Assembly: GCA_016209735.1 (NCBI GenBank)
Contig: JACQVN010000014.1
Coordinates: 4,633 to 68,632, forward strand
Direction of reading: 5' to 3'
DNA length: 64,000 nt
Source: Candidatus Methylomirabilota bacterium
GTDB lineage: Bacteria; Methylomirabilota; Methylomirabilia; Methylomirabilales; 2-02-FULL-66-22
The notes under the pieces were generated by a model. The model was not told the DNA's origin. It worked only from the letters and a program-made list of their open reading frames with translations, and ran no database searches. Positions 25,717-33,903 of this stretch are shown here, piece by piece. Each line of letters starts with the position of its first letter. Positions within the stretch are counted from its first letter, which is position 1. Made by a program: the position numbers and the translations under genes.

Positions 25717-25959
25717 CTAGCTCTTCGTCTTCAGGCGGCCTTCGTTCTCGGCGATGAAGGCCTTGATCTCCTCCGCCATGCCCAGGAGCTTCAGCCACTG
25801 CTCCTTGTAGAGCGTGACGGGGAAACGGCCCAAGCCGTAGATCGAGACCGCTCCCTTCTCGCTCACCCGGATCGACGTGCCCCGACTCGTTCGCGCCTTG
25901 AGCGCCGCGTTCTCCGCCTTCAGACGTTCCAGCTCCGCCCTCAGATCCTCTTCCGGCAT
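25717..25959 (-). CDS. conserved hypothetical 80-aa protein (coiled coil + VSEKGAVSIYGLGRFPVTLYKEQW motif)
   Basis: GGAGG Shine-Dalgarno and protein-like composition. Both ends are flanked by repeats (25664 and 25970). Confidence 0.65.
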   Translation of the reverse strand: MPEEDLRAELERLKAENAALKARTSRGTSIRVSEKGAVSIYGLGRFPVTLYKEQWLKLLGMAEEIKAFIAENEGRLKTKS

Positions 25960-25969
25960 GGTTCACCTC

Positions 25970-26081
25970 CCTGGTTTTTGCGCTGAGCGCGCAAAAACCA
26001 ATAGTGAAAGACCTGGGGGAACCTCGGTGGGATTGGTCGGGAGCAAGCACCGGCCAACCCGGGAGCAGGTAACCCCGACGG
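25970..26081 (+). repeat. repeat family D, copy 2
   Basis: CCTGGTTTTTGCGCTGAGCGCGCAAAAACCAATAGTGAAAGACC...GGGATTGGTCGGGAG...CCGGCCAACCCGGGAGC..AACCCCGACGG. Confidence 0.8.
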
Positions 26082-26201
26082 TTATGCGCGACCGTGATTT
26101 GGTCTACTTTCTATACCATCTTGTTTCTTGGCGTCAATCGGAATCCGGATCGAGAATCCGCGTGCCCGCCCCGGCTTCCCCTCCCATAGCGCGCATGCGG
26201 G

Positions 26202-26231
26202 TTGACCCTCGGCCCGGCAGCGTGGTAGCGT
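26202..26231 (+). promoter_or_regulatory. candidate sigma-70-type promoter of rnc
   Basis: TTGACC-N18-TAGCGT, ending 10 nt before the rnc ATG, so the transcript would be nearly leaderless. Confidence 0.35.
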
Positions 26232-26240
26232 CCACCACAT

Positions 26241-26966
26241 ATGGAGACACCCGGAACACCCCCGTCCGATCTCGACGCGGTCCGAGAGACAGTTCAGCTC
26301 AGCCTGGGCTATCGCTTCCGCGACCCTGCGCTCCTCGACGGCGCTCTCCGCATCCTGTTCCCCCCCCTCACGCCGGAGGCTGCCGCCAAGAGGCAGCGTC
26401 TGGAGTTTCTGGGCGACGCGGCCTGGGACTGCGCGGCGGCCTGGGTGGCCTGCACCCTATGGCCGGAGGCTTCCGCCGGGGATTTGACCCGCTTCCGCTC
26501 GTCCTGGACCAGTGCCGAGGGTCTCGCCCGACTGGCCAGGGTTCTCGGACTGCCGGGGCCTGACAACCCAAGTCCGAACGGCCCCAGCGAACGGGCGCTG
26601 GCCGAGATGCTGGAGGCCATCCTCGGCGCCATGATGCTCGACGGCGGGTTCGAGACCATTCGGGATCTCGCCGGCCGGGTCATCGTCGCCGACGGCTCCC
26701 CGCAGAAGCCCCCACCCCTGGATGCCAAGTCTCACCTCCAGATGCTGGCCCAGGCGAGCCGCGTCCGGCTCCCTTCCTATCGACTCCTGGAGCGCTGGGG
26801 GGCCCCCCACCAGCCGATGTTCCGGGTGGAAGCCACCTTCTACGCCCCCTCGGGCGAGATCCGCGCATCGGCTGAGCGTCCCAACCGGCAAGCCGCGGAA
26901 CAGGAGGCAGCGCGCCTGATCCTCGCCGAACTGGAAGCCGCCTCCGACTCCACGGGAACCGATTAA
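26241..26966 (+). CDS. rnc: ribonuclease III (divergent)
   Basis: QRLEFLGDAAW signature, LAEMLEAILGA, C-terminal dsRBD (KSHLQMLAQ...P.Y.......PH...F.V). In a by-eye alignment to E. coli, E38 aligns to Q and E65 to A. Confidence 0.85.
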   Translation: METPGTPPSDLDAVRETVQLSLGYRFRDPALLDGALRILFPPLTPEAAAKRQRLEFLGDAAWDCAAAWVACTLWPEASAGDLTRFRSSWTSAEGLARLARVLGLPGPDNPSPNGPSERALAEMLEAILGAMMLDGGFETIRDLAGRVIVADGSPQKPPPLDAKSHLQMLAQASRVRLPSYRLLERWGAPHQPMFRVEATFYAPSGEIRASAERPNRQAAEQEAARLILAELEAASDSTGTD

Positions 26967-27077
26967 CCGTGAATCCCGCCACAGGCGGGACTCCGACCTC
27001 GAACCGCAGTACCCCCTCCCAGCCACAATATATCGTGGGGAAATGCCTGCATTAACCCCACGCGTAGTATTTCCGGC

Positions 27078-27107
27078 TTGACAGGCCATTCTGTTGCGTG
27101 ATAGCGT
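27078..27107 (+). promoter_or_regulatory. candidate sigma-70-type promoter of smc
   Basis: TTGACA-N18-TAGCGT, the same architecture as upstream of rnc. Confidence 0.4.
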
Positions 27108-27178
27108 GCACGAAATCGAATTGGATTCATCGGTGGCGGCTCGTCTCTTCAACGATTACCTCGGAGCGTACCGTACCC

Positions 27179-30100
27179 ATGCACCTCGCAAAAATCGCCC
27201 TTTTTGGTTTTAAATCTTTCGCCGACAAGGTCGAGCTGGAGTTCCGGCCGGGGATCACGGCCATCGTCGGGCCCAACGGCTGCGGCAAAAGCAACGTCTC
27301 GGATGGCATCCGCTGGGCCTTGGGGGAGCAAAGCGCCAAGCTGCTCCGCGGCGATCGGATGGACGACTTCATCTTTGCCGGAAACTCCAGGCGAAAGCCG
27401 CTGGGGTTGGCCGAGGTTGCCCTGACTTTTACCCGGAATAACGGCGCACTTCCCACCGAGTACGAGGAAGTGAACGTCACCCGCCGCCTCTACCGGTCGG
27501 GCGAGAGCGAGTACCTGCTGAACAAGGTGCCCTGCCGTCTGCGCGATATCACCGACATATTCATCGATACCGGCCTGGCTGGGGAGCCGTACGCCCTGAT
27601 CGAGCAGGGAAGCATCGGCGGCGTCGTCAATGCCCGGCCCGTGGAACGCCGCGTCCTGATCGAGGAGGCGGCGGGCATCATGAAGTACAAGAGCAAGAAG
27701 CGGGCGGCGACCGCCAAGCTGGATGCCACAGAGCAGAATCTGCTGCGGATCCGCGACGTGATTGCCGAGGTCGAGCGGCAGCGCAATTCCTTGAAGCGCC
27801 AGGCCAACAAGGCCGAGCGCTACAAGGCGCTCGACCAGCGCTCCACCGAGCTGAAGCTGTACCTGAAGTTCCGCGAGCATGAGACGCTGTGGGCGAATCT
27901 CCAAGCCGCCCTGGCACGGCTCGGCCCCTTGCAGGAACGGCTGCAGAGGGTGCGGGCGGAGCTTGGCGCGGCGGAGGCGGCGCTGGAGGCGGAGCGCCTG
28001 GCGGCGCTCTCCGGCGAGCAGGCGGTGAGCGCGGCCCAGGAGGCCCTGTTCACCCTGCGCTCGCAGATCGACCGCGACGAGGCCGAACTGCGGCGCCTGC
28101 TGCAACACGCGGAAGACACCCGCCGCCGCCAGGCCGAGCACGAGGCGTCCCTGGCCGGTCTGGGGGAGACGACCCGCGCTTTTGTCGGCGACCTCGAGGT
28201 CGCCGGCTGTCGCATCGTCACCCAAGAGGAAGAGGTTGCCCGCCTGGCCTCCCTGCTCGAAGCGGAGGGCAAGACCCTGCGCGAGGTGGAGGCCGCGCTG
28301 ACCGCCGCCGCCGCGGAGCACGGGGAGATGCGCCAGCAGGCGGCTCACCGGGGAGGGCAGCTTGCCCTCAAGCGGAGCGAACTGGCCACCCTGCTGGAGC
28401 GCAGCCGCCAGATGACGGCGCAAGCGGACCGGCTGCGCCAGCGCCACGCGGAGGCCACCACGCAGCGGGCCGGCGCCGAGGCCTCCTCCACGGCCGACGA
28501 GGCGCGGCGGGCCGATGTCCACCAGCGGCTGCTGGACGGTCGCGCGGCGCGGGAGGCGGCGCAGATGGATGCCGCCCGAGCCCGCGAGGCTCGGCGCCAC
28601 CTGGAAGCGGAGATCGCCGGCCTCAGCGCCGACGTGGAGCGGCAGCGCGGCCGCCTCGGCTCCCTGCGCGAGCTGAAGCTGCAATTCGCCGACTTCTCCG
28701 AGGGGAACAAGCTGCTGCTCCAGGCTGGACGGGACCGGCGCCTGCTCGGCGTGGCGGGCCCCCTGGCGGAGATCCTGGAGCCCTCGCCGCGCCACGAGAA
28801 GGCCCTGGAGGCTATCCTGGACAGGTACCTGCAAGGGGTGCGGATGGAGACGTGGGCCGAGGCGCAGGAGGCCCTGGCCCACCTCTTCCGAACCGGCCAG
28901 GGCCGGGCCACGCTCCTCGGGCCGATGCCGCAGGGCGAGGGAACCTGGTCCGAGTCCGCCCGGGCGGATCTGGCCGCCCAAGTCGACCACCTGCCCAAGG
29001 AGCTCCAGGCCCATCTCGAGGGCATGGTCCTCGACCTCATCCGCTCCCCCGAGGGAACGGCCCCCTGGCTCTTGCCCCTCCTGGCGGACGCGATCATCGT
29101 GAGCGACCTGGACGCCGCCCTGGCCATCGCGCGGGAGTTGACCGGCTCCTTCACCCTGGCCACGTTGGCGGGGGAAGTCCTCACCCACCGGGGCGCGCTC
29201 ACCGGCGGGACGCCCGCCCCCCAGGGATTGCTCGGCCAGCGCCGGGAGCTCAAGCAGCTGGAGGAGGCCCTGGTCATCAGCGAGACGGGGCTGGCCGGCC
29301 TGCGCGAGGCGCTGGGTATCGTGACGGACGAGCTGGCCGGCGCCGAGCGGGCGGCGGAGGCCGCCGGGCTGGCCGAGCGCCAAACCGAGCTGGACCTCTT
29401 GTCCATCGAGAAGGACCTGGCCGCCCGCCGGGCCGAGGAGCAGCGCCTGAGCCAGCAGCTCGAGCTGTTCGGGATCGAGTTGCAGACGGTCGAGGCCGAC
29501 CTGGCGCGGATCACCCTGGAGGTGGAAGGGCTGCGCGGGGCCATTGCCGAGGAGGAGGCTGCCGTGGCCGCCCTGGGCCACCGGCTCGGGCTCTTCGAGG
29601 CGGAGGTCGCGCGGCTTCGGGAGCGGCGGGAGACGGTGGGAAGCGGCGTGGGCGAGACGCGCGTTGCCCTGGCCTCCGCCATCGCGCACCGCGACGAGAC
29701 GTCCCGCAACATCGAACGCATGCGCCACGATCTGACGGCCGCCACGGAGCAGATCGCCCGGCTGGAGCAGGAGACCGCCGACTCCGCCTCTCAACTGCAG
29801 GCGACGGCGGCTGCCGAGGGCCGGCTGCGCCAGGAGCTCGGCGCCCTCAAGGAGGATGAGGGAGAGCGACAGGGGACGCTGGTGCGCGCCCAGGAGGCCC
29901 GCGCCGCGACCCAGGCCGGCATTCAGCGGCAGGAGGAGCTCCTGCGCACACAGCGGCAGGAAGAGGCCCGCACCTTCGAGGAGATCGCCGGTCTGGAGAC
30001 CCAGCGGGCGGAGCTGAAGACGGCCCTCACCCACCTGGAGCACGACCTCACCCAGGAGCACGCCGTGGGACTGCCCGAGCTTCGCGACCGGTTCGCCGAG

Positions 30101-30781
30101 ACGCCGCTGGAGGTGGAGGCGGCCCAGACCGAGCTGGAGGAGCTGCGCCAGAAGCTCTCCGATCTGGGGCCGGCCAACCTCGGCGCCCTGGAGGAGTACG
30201 AGGCCCTCTGCCAGCGGTACGAGTTCCTCACCTCGCAGGCGGAGGATCTGACCAAGTCCGTGGCCTCGCTCCGCCAGGCCATCAGCGAGGTCAACCGCAC
30301 CATCCAGACCATGTTCGCCTCCACCCTGGCGGCGGTCAACGAGCAGTTCGACCACTACTGGAAACGGCTGATCGGTGGCGGCAACGCCGAGCTGCGCCTG
30401 ATCGACCCGCCGGAAGAGGAGACGGAGACGGAACCGGGTGTGGAGATGATGATCCGCATTCCGGGAAAGCGCTCGACGGTCCTCTCGCTGCTCTCCGGGG
30501 GCGAACGCGCCCTGGCGGCCCTGGCCCTCCTGCTGGCTCTCTTCGCGGTCCGGCCCAGCCCCTTCTGCGTCCTCGACGAGGTGGATGCGCCGCTGGACGA
30601 TGCCAACGTGGAGCGGCTGGTCGTTCTCCTGCGCGAGATGTCCGCGCAGTCGCAATTCATCGTCATCACCCACAACAAGCGAACCATGGAGGCGGCCGAC
30701 ATCCTGTACGGGATCACCATGGAGGAAGAAGGGGTCTCCAAGATGATCTCCGTCCGCATGCATGAGGAGGCCGCAGTCTAG
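27179..30781 (+). CDS. smc: chromosome segregation protein SMC
   Basis: Start at ATG 27179. FKSFADKVELEF.PGITAIVGPNGCGKSNVSD, long coiled coils and a hinge, C-terminal LSGGERALAALALLLALF...PFCVLDEVDAPLD. Confidence 0.95.
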   Translation: MHLAKIALFGFKSFADKVELEFRPGITAIVGPNGCGKSNVSDGIRWALGEQSAKLLRGDRMDDFIFAGNSRRKPLGLAEVALTFTRNNGALPTEYEEVNVTRRLYRSGESEYLLNKVPCRLRDITDIFIDTGLAGEPYALIEQGSIGGVVNARPVERRVLIEEAAGIMKYKSKKRAATAKLDATEQNLLRIRDVIAEVERQRNSLKRQANKAERYKALDQRSTELKLYLKFREHETLWANLQAALARLGPLQERLQRVRAELGAAEAALEAERLAALSGEQAVSAAQEALFTLRSQIDRDEAELRRLLQHAEDTRRRQAEHEASLAGLGETTRAFVGDLEVAGCRIVTQEEEVARLASLLEAEGKTLREVEAALTAAAAEHGEMRQQAAHRGGQLALKRSELATLLERSRQMTAQADRLRQRHAEATTQRAGAEASSTADEARRADVHQRLLDGRAAREAAQMDAARAREARRHLEAEIAGLSADVERQRGRLGSLRELKLQFADFSEGNKLLLQAGRDRRLLGVAGPLAEILEPSPRHEKALEAILDRYLQGVRMETWAEAQEALAHLFRTGQGRATLLGPMPQGEGTWSESARADLAAQVDHLPKELQAHLEGMVLDLIRSPEGTAPWLLPLLADAIIVSDLDAALAIARELTGSFTLATLAGEVLTHRGALTGGTPAPQGLLGQRRELKQLEEALVISETGLAGLREALGIVTDELAGAERAAEAAGLAERQTELDLLSIEKDLAARRAEEQRLSQQLELFGIELQTVEADLARITLEVEGLRGAIAEEEAAVAALGHRLGLFEAEVARLRERRETVGSGVGETRVALASAIAHRDETSRNIERMRHDLTAATEQIARLEQETADSASQLQATAAAEGRLRQELGALKEDEGERQGTLVRAQEARAATQAGIQRQEELLRTQRQEEARTFEEIAGLETQRAELKTALTHLEHDLTQEHAVGLPELRDRFAETPLEVEAAQTELEELRQKLSDLGPANLGALEEYEALCQRYEFLTSQAEDLTKSVASLRQAISEVNRTIQTMFASTLAAVNEQFDHYWKRLIGGGNAELRLIDPPEEETETEPGVEMMIRIPGKRSTVLSLLSGGERALAALALLLALFAVRPSPFCVLDEVDAPLDDANVERLVVLLREMSAQSQFIVITHNKRTMEAADILYGITMEEEGVSKMISVRMHEEAAV

Positions 30782-30783
30782 GA

Positions 30784-30888
30784 CGGGTGTGCGGAAGTTC
30801 GAGGGTTCGGGGGTTCGGGGTGCGAGTATTCGAGTGTGCGGCGGTTCTGGGTGTCGTCGCTTCCCGAACCGTCGAACCGCGGAACCGG
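30784..30888. repeat. word-repeat hairpin (GGTTCGG / CCGAACC words)
   Basis: GGGTGTGCGGAAGTTCGAGGGTTCGGGGGTTCGGGGTGCGAG...TTCCCGAACCGTCGAACCGCGGAACCGG. Occupies most of the 117-nt smc-Roadblock spacer, beginning 3 nt after the smc stop. Confidence 0.8.
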
Positions 30889-30898
30889 AGGCTTTCCC

Positions 30899-31264
30899 AT
30901 GTCTCACTTTGAGGCAACGGAGGCCCTCACCGATCTGCTCGGCCGGGTGGCCGGAGTTCGCTCGGCCCTGCTGCTCGACGCAAACGGATCGCTCGTTGCC
31001 CAGGCGGATCGCGAGGGCCTGGCCGATGCTCCGCTGTTCGCCATCTCCTGCCACCGCGTGGCCCGCGAAACCCTGGCAGCGGCCGAGCGCCTGGGACAAG
31101 GCCCGGTCGGCCAGATCCTGCTGGAGGCCGAACGCGGCGCTTTAGCCATCCTGCCTTGGCAGGATGGCCGCGTGCTCTGCCTGGTCCTCTCCCCGCTGAG
31201 TATTCCGGGACAGGTCTTCTTCGAGGCTCGTCGCCTCATGGCGGCCCTCTCCCCCGCACCCTGA
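30899..31264 (+). CDS. Roadblock/LC7 (MglB-like) domain protein
   Basis: Start at ATG 30899 (GGAGG upstream). GVRSALLLDANGSLVA...ILLEAERGALAILP....VLCLVLSP....G.VFFEARRL matches the Roadblock pattern. Its stop overlaps the ftsY ATG (TGATG). Confidence 0.75.
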   Translation: MSHFEATEALTDLLGRVAGVRSALLLDANGSLVAQADREGLADAPLFAISCHRVARETLAAAERLGQGPVGQILLEAERGALAILPWQDGRVLCLVLSPLSIPGQVFFEARRLMAALSPAP

Positions 31265-32178
31265 TGGCGCTGTCCGGATTCTTCTCCCGCCTCCAGGAAG
31301 GTCTCAAGAAGACCCGCGATACCCTCCGGACGAAGCTGGACGTCCTCTGGGGCTCCGCCCCCATCGACCCGGCCCGCCTGGAGGAACTCGAGGAGGCGCT
31401 GCTGGCGGCCGATCTGGGCCCGGCGACGGTGGAGGCCGTTCTCGAGCCCGCCCGCAGGCTCTTCCGCCAGGAGGGGGCGACCACGGCCGAGGCCATGCGG
31501 CGGCTCCTGGCCGAGCGCATCGCCGACCTCTTGACGGTCCCGTCCCCGAAGCGCCCGGAGACGGCGGCACCCCACGTCACCCTGTTCGTGGGAACCAACG
31601 GCTCCGGAAAAACCACCACCATCGCCAAGCTGGCCAAGCGCTACCGGGACGGCGGCGAGGAGGTCCTCCACGCCGCCGCCGACACGTTCCGGGCCGCGGC
31701 CATCGAGCAGCTCCAGATCTGGGGGCAGCGGATCGGATCGGACGTGATCGCCCACCGGCCGGGAGCGGACCCGGCGGCGGTGGTCTTCGATGCCTGCAAA
31801 GCGGCGACCGCCCGCGGCGCCCCGCACCTCCTCATCGACACCGCCGGCCGGCTGCACACCAAGCATAATCTGATGGAGGAGCTGAAGAAGATCCACCGGG
31901 TCATCGCCCGCGAGATTCCCGGGGCCCCCCACGAGACCTTCCTGGTTCTGGACGCCACCACCGGCCTGAACGCCTTGGCCCAGGCCCGGGAATTCCATCG
32001 GGCGGTCTCCCTCACCGGCCTCATCGTCGCCAAGCTGGACGGGACCGCCAAGGGCGGGGCCGTCATCGCCATCGCGTCCGACCTCGCGCTCCCGGTCCGC
32101 TACGTGGGCGTGGGCGAGTCCGCCGAAGACCTCCAGCCCTTCGACCCTCACGAGTTCGCCCTGGCCCTCTTCTCGTGA
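31264..32178 (+). CDS. ftsY: signal recognition particle receptor FtsY (NG domain only)
   Basis: GTNGSGKTTTIAKLA, AADTFRAAAIEQL, DTAGRLH, AKLDGTAKGG. 304 aa with no acidic A domain. Confidence 0.95.
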   Translation: MALSGFFSRLQEGLKKTRDTLRTKLDVLWGSAPIDPARLEELEEALLAADLGPATVEAVLEPARRLFRQEGATTAEAMRRLLAERIADLLTVPSPKRPETAAPHVTLFVGTNGSGKTTTIAKLAKRYRDGGEEVLHAAADTFRAAAIEQLQIWGQRIGSDVIAHRPGADPAAVVFDACKAATARGAPHLLIDTAGRLHTKHNLMEELKKIHRVIAREIPGAPHETFLVLDATTGLNALAQAREFHRAVSLTGLIVAKLDGTAKGGAVIAIASDLALPVRYVGVGESAEDLQPFDPHEFALALFS

Positions 32179-32185
32179 ATCGAAT

Positions 32186-32353
32186 CAATGCAAAATCGAC
32201 AATGAAAAACTGAAAACCGATCAATGAAGTCCTTGACCGGTTTTGAATTGTCGGTTTTCAATTTTGCATTGGCTCTCGTCGATTGTCGGTTTTAACTTGT
32301 CGGTTGTCGGTTGTCGGTTTTGCATTCTCCACGAGCCATCAGCCATCAACCAC
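32186..32353. repeat. word-repeat element (family A hairpin 32186-32271 plus TTGTCGG and GCCATCA tandem words)
   Basis: CAATGCAAAATCGACAATGAAAAACTGAAAACCGATCAA..TTGACCGGTTTTGAATTGTCGGTTTTCAATTTTGCATTG, then CGATTGTCGGTTTTAACTTGTCGGTTGTCGGTTGTCGGTTTTGCATT, then GCCATCAGCCATCAACC. Confidence 0.85.
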
Positions 32354-32877
32354 ACCCGAGGCAGCCGCTCTCGGCACATTGTCCCGTGATTCGGATGGGT
32401 ACGACGAAGGCTTTGAGCAAACCGCTCGAAGCGCGGCGAGTCCCTGAAGTAGAACAGGTGGCCCGGGCAGCGGCAGTCGGAGGCCCCGAAGCCGCGGAGG
32501 GGGATGTCGCATCCTGGCAGCCCAGAGAGTATGGCGGCCCAGTCGTGCTCCCGCGGGACGGGATCGGACGTGGCCCAGACCTCGACAGGCTGCGCGGCCG
32601 CCCGGAGATAGTCCACGTGCCAGCGGGGGCGGCCGTCGCCACGAAGATGGCGGGAGACCCGCGCCTGCAGGCCGCCGGGGCCGAAGGCGCTGCCCACGTA
32701 GAGGTACCAGCCCGGCCGCAGCGCCAGCCGGCCGAGCCGGCCGACCGTGATGGACCGCTCGGTGAGGACCCGGAAGACCACCGCGTAGGTTCCGGGCCGC
32801 GCCGGCAGACGTTGCGCAGTGGTAGCCCGGATGGAAAAGCAGCGGGCCGCGTCCGATTCCGACGCGGTTCGTTTCAT
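32221..32877 (-). CDS. GIY-YIG nuclease superfamily protein (DUF123/Uri-like), C-terminus encoded by repeat
   Basis: Start at ATG 32877 (GGGGGAGG upstream). GTYAVVF......GWYLYVGSA.G.GGL..R..RH......RWHVDYL, then ..C.CPGHLFYF. The last 45 aa or so (MADGSWRMQNRQPTTDKLKPTIDESQCKIENRQFKTGQGLH) lie within the repeat at 32186-32353. Confidence 0.75.
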   Translation of the reverse strand: MKRTASESDAARCFSIRATTAQRLPARPGTYAVVFRVLTERSITVGRLGRLALRPGWYLYVGSAFGPGGLQARVSRHLRGDGRPRWHVDYLRAAAQPVEVWATSDPVPREHDWAAILSGLPGCDIPLRGFGASDCRCPGHLFYFRDSPRFERFAQSLRRTHPNHGTMCRERLPRVWLMADGSWRMQNRQPTTDKLKPTIDESQCKIENRQFKTGQGLH

Positions 32878-33083
32878 CTCGGATACCTCCCCCATTCGTT
32901 CCCCAGTGCTGGCGACAGATTCCCGTCGAGGCACTTCATGGAGAGCCAACCGGTCACAACCTGACCCACGTGCCAACATTTGACTTGGACATACCGACCA
33001 ACAAGTTAAATGAGTAAACTACGTCCCCCTCATGAGTGCAATTGACATCCGTCGGCGCCGTGGCTGGATCGAGGCTGGGAGGG

Positions 33084-33677
33084 TTACTCGCGGGGGAGGC
33101 CTTCGAAGATCTCGGCGACGGTCACCGTGAGGCCGGGGACGACGTGACTTCGCAAGATGTCCCCGGGTTTTGCGATGGCGTGGGTGCGCCAGGCTCCGGC
33201 CTCCAGGAGGCGCTGTTCGAACTCGTGCCGGGTCAGGTTCACCAACCACAGTTCAGGAACCTTCAGGGCCGCGTAGGTATCCGCTTTCGTCTGTCGGTCG
33301 TACAATTCCGTGCGCTGGGAGAAGGCTTCCACAACCAGATCCGCGCAGCGAAGCTCGCCGAGCCCGGTGACGGAGGGCAGGCGCTCCCTGCTCACGAACA
33401 TCAGGTCCGGCGCCAAGTACGTGTTCTCCGGTGTCCAGATGGCAGCCCGGGGGACGTACAGTTCGCCGAGACCGGGGTGCCGGTCCAGGAAGCCGGCAAT
33501 CCGTCGGTTGAGCCGGGCGACTACCAGGTTATGCAGCTCTGAAGGGGGAGGGACCATGTAGAGCACTCCGGCGATAAGTTCATGGTGACCACCCTGAGGG
33601 GGAGCAGGGAGGTCCCAGAACTCCCTGAGAGTGTACTGTCGTACCAGGGGGGACGTTGTGACGATTCCTGAAGTCAT
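33084..33677 (-). CDS. Uma2 family endonuclease (DUF820, PD-(D/E)XK)
   Basis: ELI.GVLYMVPPP...H......L...........G.......A........PDLMFV.......CADLVVEAFS......D...K...YA...VPELWLV. Confidence 0.88.
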   Translation of the reverse strand: MTSGIVTTSPLVRQYTLREFWDLPAPPQGGHHELIAGVLYMVPPPSELHNLVVARLNRRIAGFLDRHPGLGELYVPRAAIWTPENTYLAPDLMFVSRERLPSVTGLGELRCADLVVEAFSQRTELYDRQTKADTYAALKVPELWLVNLTRHEFEQRLLEAGAWRTHAIAKPGDILRSHVVPGLTVTVAEIFEGLPRE

Positions 33678-33903
33678 CGGCGCTGGCCTACTGACAAAAG
33701 GAGTTGATTAATTGATTGGCCGGTACGAATTTGCCTTTCGGCTGCCGGGCGCAACACCCACCGCCGCGCCCGCCGGCCCCCAAGGGACTCAGCCGCAAAT
33801 GACGATGGCCGGATTCGTGCGCTGTGTCAAGGAAAAATGCCTGCGATCTGCAAGCGCGGCGAGACCGCTTCGCACGATGGGGGACGCAGGGGAGGAAACG
33901 CGG

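Noticed and set aside
27149-31099. 1316-aa ORF on the minus strand
   Set aside because: It is entirely antisense to smc, which has unambiguous Walker A, hinge and signature motifs. Its composition is dominated by G, R, A, P and L, and it has no recognisable motifs. This is the usual stop-codon-poor antisense frame of high-GC DNA.
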